A DNA stretch of 64,000 bases. Origin: Octopus sinensis (lineage: Eukaryota). The notes beneath the pieces were generated by a model. That model searched no databases and was not told the origin of the DNA. It was given only the letters and a program-made list of their open reading frames with translations. The stretch covers positions 104,222,001 through 104,286,000 of the forward strand of contig NC_043001.1 of assembly GCF_006345805.1 (NCBI RefSeq), in the 5' to 3' direction. Position 1 is the stretch's first letter, and each line of letters starts with the position of its first letter. This document shows, in pieces, positions 59,759-64,000 of this stretch. Made by a program: the position numbers and the translations under genes.

Positions 59759-59875
59759 CTTTGTTAGTTGGTTTGCATCCGGCCTCACTGATGGTTCTGT
59801 GTTCAACAGCAGCTTCACATGCTCCCTGACCTCCTCAGATAAACATCCCAGCCGCGAAGGGGTTAGATGTCGCAG
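59759..59875 (-). CDS. SCYL2: SCYL2 exon (LRHLTPSRLGCLSEEVREHVKLLLNTEPSVRPDANQLTK), end of pseudokinase domain
   Basis: ttttctag|CTG and AAG|gtaagc junctions, 117 nt. The EEVREHVKLLLN...VRPDA motif matches human SCYL2. Confidence 0.97.
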
Positions 59876-62111
59876 CTAGAAAATATATTCATAAACTGAT
59901 ACAATCTCAAACTTAAGAATATTAATTTCTCTAACGAAGATGTTACATAATTAAAACAGAAGAAAACCTAGTTAGAGGAAAATGGTGACAATTCCCACTT
60001 TTTTTTTTGATTTTATTCTTTTACTAATTTCAGTCATGTGAGAGTCATGTGACCTTGGTGGGACACCAGCTTCCAAGGTTGACTGGATCCCTTTAGCCAT
60101 TTACTGTTCAAATTTATTTAGTCGATACTTTGAATTGATCCTGCATTAACTTGTAGCTTCAATATTTCAATGATGTTAATGTATATTCTTTTAGACTAAC
60201 ATTGTAAGGTAGGTGTGAAAGGCTGGATCTGGCCAGTTTGAACATAGAACAAGGCAGAATATTTGGGCTGGGTATGTCTGGCTTAAATGCTAAAAGACTA
60301 ATCTCACTCAATTTCTTTATTAAACTCAGTGGGAGATGGGATCCGAACAATGAAGAGGGATGTAATCAATTACCACAAGGTAATTTAACGCTTTACTGGC
60401 TCCATCCAACCCATGCTAGCATGGAGAATGGACGTTAAACGATGATGATGACTGATTCTGTCGTCCAGTAGTCACTTGAAACATTCATCCAGCAAAATCA
60501 TCAAGCTAAGTTGATTACATCTCCCCCAGTATTCAACTGGTACCTAGTTTATCATCCGCAAAAGGCTGAAAGGCAAAGTCAATCTCAGCAGAATTTGAGC
60601 TGAGGCGGGCAAAATGATTCGCCACATTTTGCTCGTTTTGCTAACGAATCTACCTGCTCACCACGTTATCTCGTTGGAAATATTGATTAACGTTTATTTA
60701 TGAGGATCTTATATGTATTAATATTGTTTTTATGTTAAATTACTTGCATTGCTGAATACTACACAAAGACTGAAACAAATTTAATTTAGTCCACAAAATG
60801 TTACACATGTGAAATCAACAGGAAAAAGAGAAAAACACTACAACAAAAAAACACAATCAACATTATCATCATCATCATCATCAGATGTCAGCAATATTCG
60901 TTAATAAAGTTCTAAAGAAGACAGAAGCAGCTGCTAATGATCTTTGTTCGATTAAACATCCTGGCCTTCTATGAATCAATAAGTGACAGATGTTTCTAGT
61001 TTTGGGGTTTTTGTTTTCTTTACTGGCCAGATAAAAACAACAGCTTATATCGAAAGCAAACCTTCTAAACACACAGAGCCTCGAGATCGGTGGTTGTTAA
61101 CCTTTTTAACATCCAAGGGAAGACCCACCAAGAGCTGCTGGAAGGATGCTTAAGGGTCACATGAAGCCCTGGGAACCATTGTTGAGAACTGCTGCTTTAT
61201 TTAGTTACTCAACCTGCTAGAAATAGCAGCCAAAAGCATGTTCCACTGTATTTTGAAAAATAAAGAGTATATTGAAAAATGTAGTCTGGAAAACTCTATC
61301 AGAAAAAGACCACAGGGCTGCAGCTGGAATAGGTTTGGTCAGAAGCTTGTTCCATCAGAGTTAAACAATAACACCATCATTGGAGTATGTTGCTGCTTTC
61401 ACCGTTTGTCAGTAGATTCCCGGATTCCCGTGACCATGTTGTTGACCAGCACAAGCCATCAGCCTAGCCAGATCCACAGTGAAGGGGACACGGCAATCTA
61501 TTCCTTAACCCTCTCATTACCAATCTGGCCGAAACCACCTCTGGCTCTGTAATACAAATGCCTTGTTTCCATAAGTTTTGAATTAAAATCTTCCACCAAA
61601 CCTTAGTCACAATTTATGCTCCTAACACTAGCTGAATGATAACTAAGTTATTTTACTAAATTCTTTGTTATACTTAAAGTAATTGAAAGAAACAGAGCAT
61701 CTCAAAATAAATACTAAAATAAATGCCAACCACTCTCAGAGTGGTTGGCATGAGGAAAGGCATCCAGCTGTAGAAACATTGCCAGACCAGATTGAAGCCT
61801 GGTGCAGCTTTCTGGCTTGCCAGCCCTCAGTCAAACCTTCCAACCCATGCCAGCATGGAAAACAGACATTAAACAACAATGATGATGATGATGGAAACCC
61901 ATTAAGAAAAGGGAAATACACTAAATAGATGAGAAATTTAATCATTTTCATAATCTTTGATGAGAAATTAGGTTGCAGCTGATGAAAGAGTGAAATAAGC
62001 GTAGGGCAGATGGAGGGCATCCCTCTATGGCTTTGTGTTCTCTAAAATAATTACTTTCAATATTATAAACAAGAAATAAAATAGGAAATTTTTAAATGTA
62101 TTCTGACTTAC

Positions 62112-62321
62112 TTCTACAATATTGGCTTTAAACTGCCTCAACTCATCATTACATTCGTATAAAGATTTACCATTATTGCATACAGTGTAGATAAGCATTC
62201 CAAGAGAGAACATATCACTTGCCGGGCTGCAGGTCATCGTTAAAGAATATTCTGGAGCCAAATAATCCAGTTTAGGTTGGGAAATAGGCGGATAATCAAT
62301 TTCCCATTCTTGAAAATCAAA
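62112..62321 (-). CDS. SCYL2: SCYL2 exon (FDFQEWEIDYPPISQPKLDYLAPEY...ASDMFSLG...KANIVE), pseudokinase C-lobe; most 5' exon found in the window
   Basis: ttcttcag|TTT and GAA|gtaagt junctions, 210 nt. Contains YLAPEY and ASDM(F/Y)SLG kinase-like motifs. Upstream exons are not in the window. Confidence 0.97.
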
Positions 62322-63251
62322 CTGAAGAAAGATTTTAGAAAATATAAATAAAAAACATTAAAAAGTAAATAACAATAATGAAGAAACAAAATAAGACATC
62401 AAACACCAAAGAATCGACTGCATTAGACATTACTAGCATGATGTAGAACAATGGTTTTCATCTGGGGTCCATATGAGCCCCGAGGATTGAGAGAAGAATC
62501 TTAGGAGCTCACACAAGCAAAAAAATAAATTGAAGGCCCACAGTAGTAAATTAAGGGTCCATGAAAAACATTTTGCTTTAGGTCAGTGTTTCTTAAACTG
62601 GGGTCTGCGGTTCCCTAGGGGACTGCAAAACGATTTAGGGGGACCGGAAAGGGATGCTGAAGTATTGTGAAAATGGGATGGCTTAACCCTTTTGTTACCA
62701 ACCTGGCTGAAACCAGCACTGGCTCTGTAATACAAATGTCTAGTTTTCATAAATTTTGAATTAAAATCTTCCACCAAACCTTAGTCACAATTTATGTTTC
62801 TAACACTAGCTTAATGATAACTAAGTTATTTTACTAAATTCTTTGTTATATTTAAAGTAATTGGAAAAAACACAAAGCATCTCAACAGAAATACAGTAAC
62901 AAAATGTTTAAGACGGTTAAATTTTCAATTTTTTGCATGCTTTCATCCTTTTTTGTTGTCAGCCTCAAAAACCCACGTCACTCCTACACACTCATTTGCT
63001 AATCACATTTGTTGTACAACAAGTGTGATTGACTGGCAGAAAATATGCGGGGATAACAGTTGATCATGCATGGGCTGTCAGTATTTTTCATTTCTCATTT
63101 GTTTTGTAACCAATTGACCAACTGATTCCCCATATTTTCAAGTGCTTTTATTGTATCCCAATAGGGCATTGCCTGGATTAAGTTGTGGTTTTTGGGGTTT
63201 GGGATCTATGGGCAGTGTGGTTCAGAGTCCAGAAATTAAGGTACACAAATG

Positions 63252-63948
63252 GGGGCTAATGCAGTTTCGCACCTCTCCTTGAAACATGAATTTTTTTGGG
63301 GGGTTCCTACGTTTTAGATGCTGGAGATTACAAATATGCAAAAAAAAAAATTACCCCTCTCCCTTCCCATTTAAAAATTTTAAACTTTTCCAAAATTTTT
63401 TTCCCCTATATTTTGGATGACAGACTTTCTGAATACTCAAGAAACCATGTTTTCAAGATTTTAAATTCAATAAGCATATAGATATATGTATAAAGAGATA
63501 GATAGATATGAATGTCTTCCTGGGGCTAAAAACAATAGTAACACCGTCTTCTATAGGACCGCAACATTTAGTTGACAAACATATTTCATGAATAAATAAA
63601 CAGGGATAAATAGATAGACAGACAAATAAATGTATGGTTGAAAAAGTTCAAAATTTAAAATTGGGGGAGTGGGTGAAATTTGAGCCCCTTATTTAAACTT
63701 TATAACATTAATTATTAAACCTTAATGTTTATTTCTCATAAAATGGCTCACATGGGGATGTGGTGTATATTTAATTCACTATGATCTCTTTAAAGTAAAC
63801 AAAATCAAACATTTAAATGGTGGGGGTGAAATTTAAAAAAATTTTTTTTGCATATTCGTAATCTCCAACATCTAAAACGTAGGAATCCGAAAAAAGTTTT
63901 TCACAAAGATGCATTTTTCAAGGAGAGGTGCAAAACTGCATTAGCCCC
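63252..63948. mobile_element. 697-bp MITE with ~105-bp TIRs and 8-bp TSD
   Basis: TIR GGGGCTAATGCAGTTT(C/T)GCACCTCTCCTTGAAA plus inner CCTACGTTTTAGATG(C/T)TGGAGATTAC(A/G)AATATGCAAAAAAAA. Flanks CACAAATG / TACAAATG. Confidence 0.9.
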
Positions 63949-64000
63949 TACAAATGGATGTCATTTTGGGCCATGTTGATTATCCTGCATTTTATAGGGG

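Overview
AT-rich, repeat-dense eukaryotic (animal) genomic DNA. The repeat families suggest a coleoid cephalopod, probably Octopus, but this is inference only. The window holds the 3' parts of two convergent, intron-rich genes. (+) strand, 57-20637: six exons of a TTC3/DZIP3-like E3 ubiquitin ligase (helical domain plus a C-terminal RING-H2). (-) strand, 62321-23859: twelve exons (740 codons) of SCYL2/CVAK104, whose 5' exons lie beyond the window. All exon joins are GT-AG and phase-consistent, and the predicted poly(A) signals of the two genes are only about 300 bp apart. The introns contain tRNA-derived SINEs, RTE, CR1 and Penelope-like retroelement relics, Tc1/mariner elements (one full length), and piggyBac-type and other MITEs. 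Most ORFs in the supplied track are spurious, arising from microsatellites or repeats. Best leads: (1) a non-autonomous element combining a tRNA-like Pol III head with a hammerhead-ribozyme-bearing tail in a Penelope-like inverted arrangement (30.7-31.5 kb and 41.1-41.5 kb), where the intact ribozyme is antisense to SCYL2; (2) a ~43 x 44-bp tandem array filling one SCYL2 intron and carrying repeated CAG|GTGAGT splice motifs and AP-1/meAP-1 sites; (3) candidate 21-nt in-frame microexons and poison microexons; (4) several long fold-backs that would form dsRNA in the pre-mRNA. Everything was read by eye with no database search. Repeat boundaries are approximate unless TIRs/TSDs are stated.
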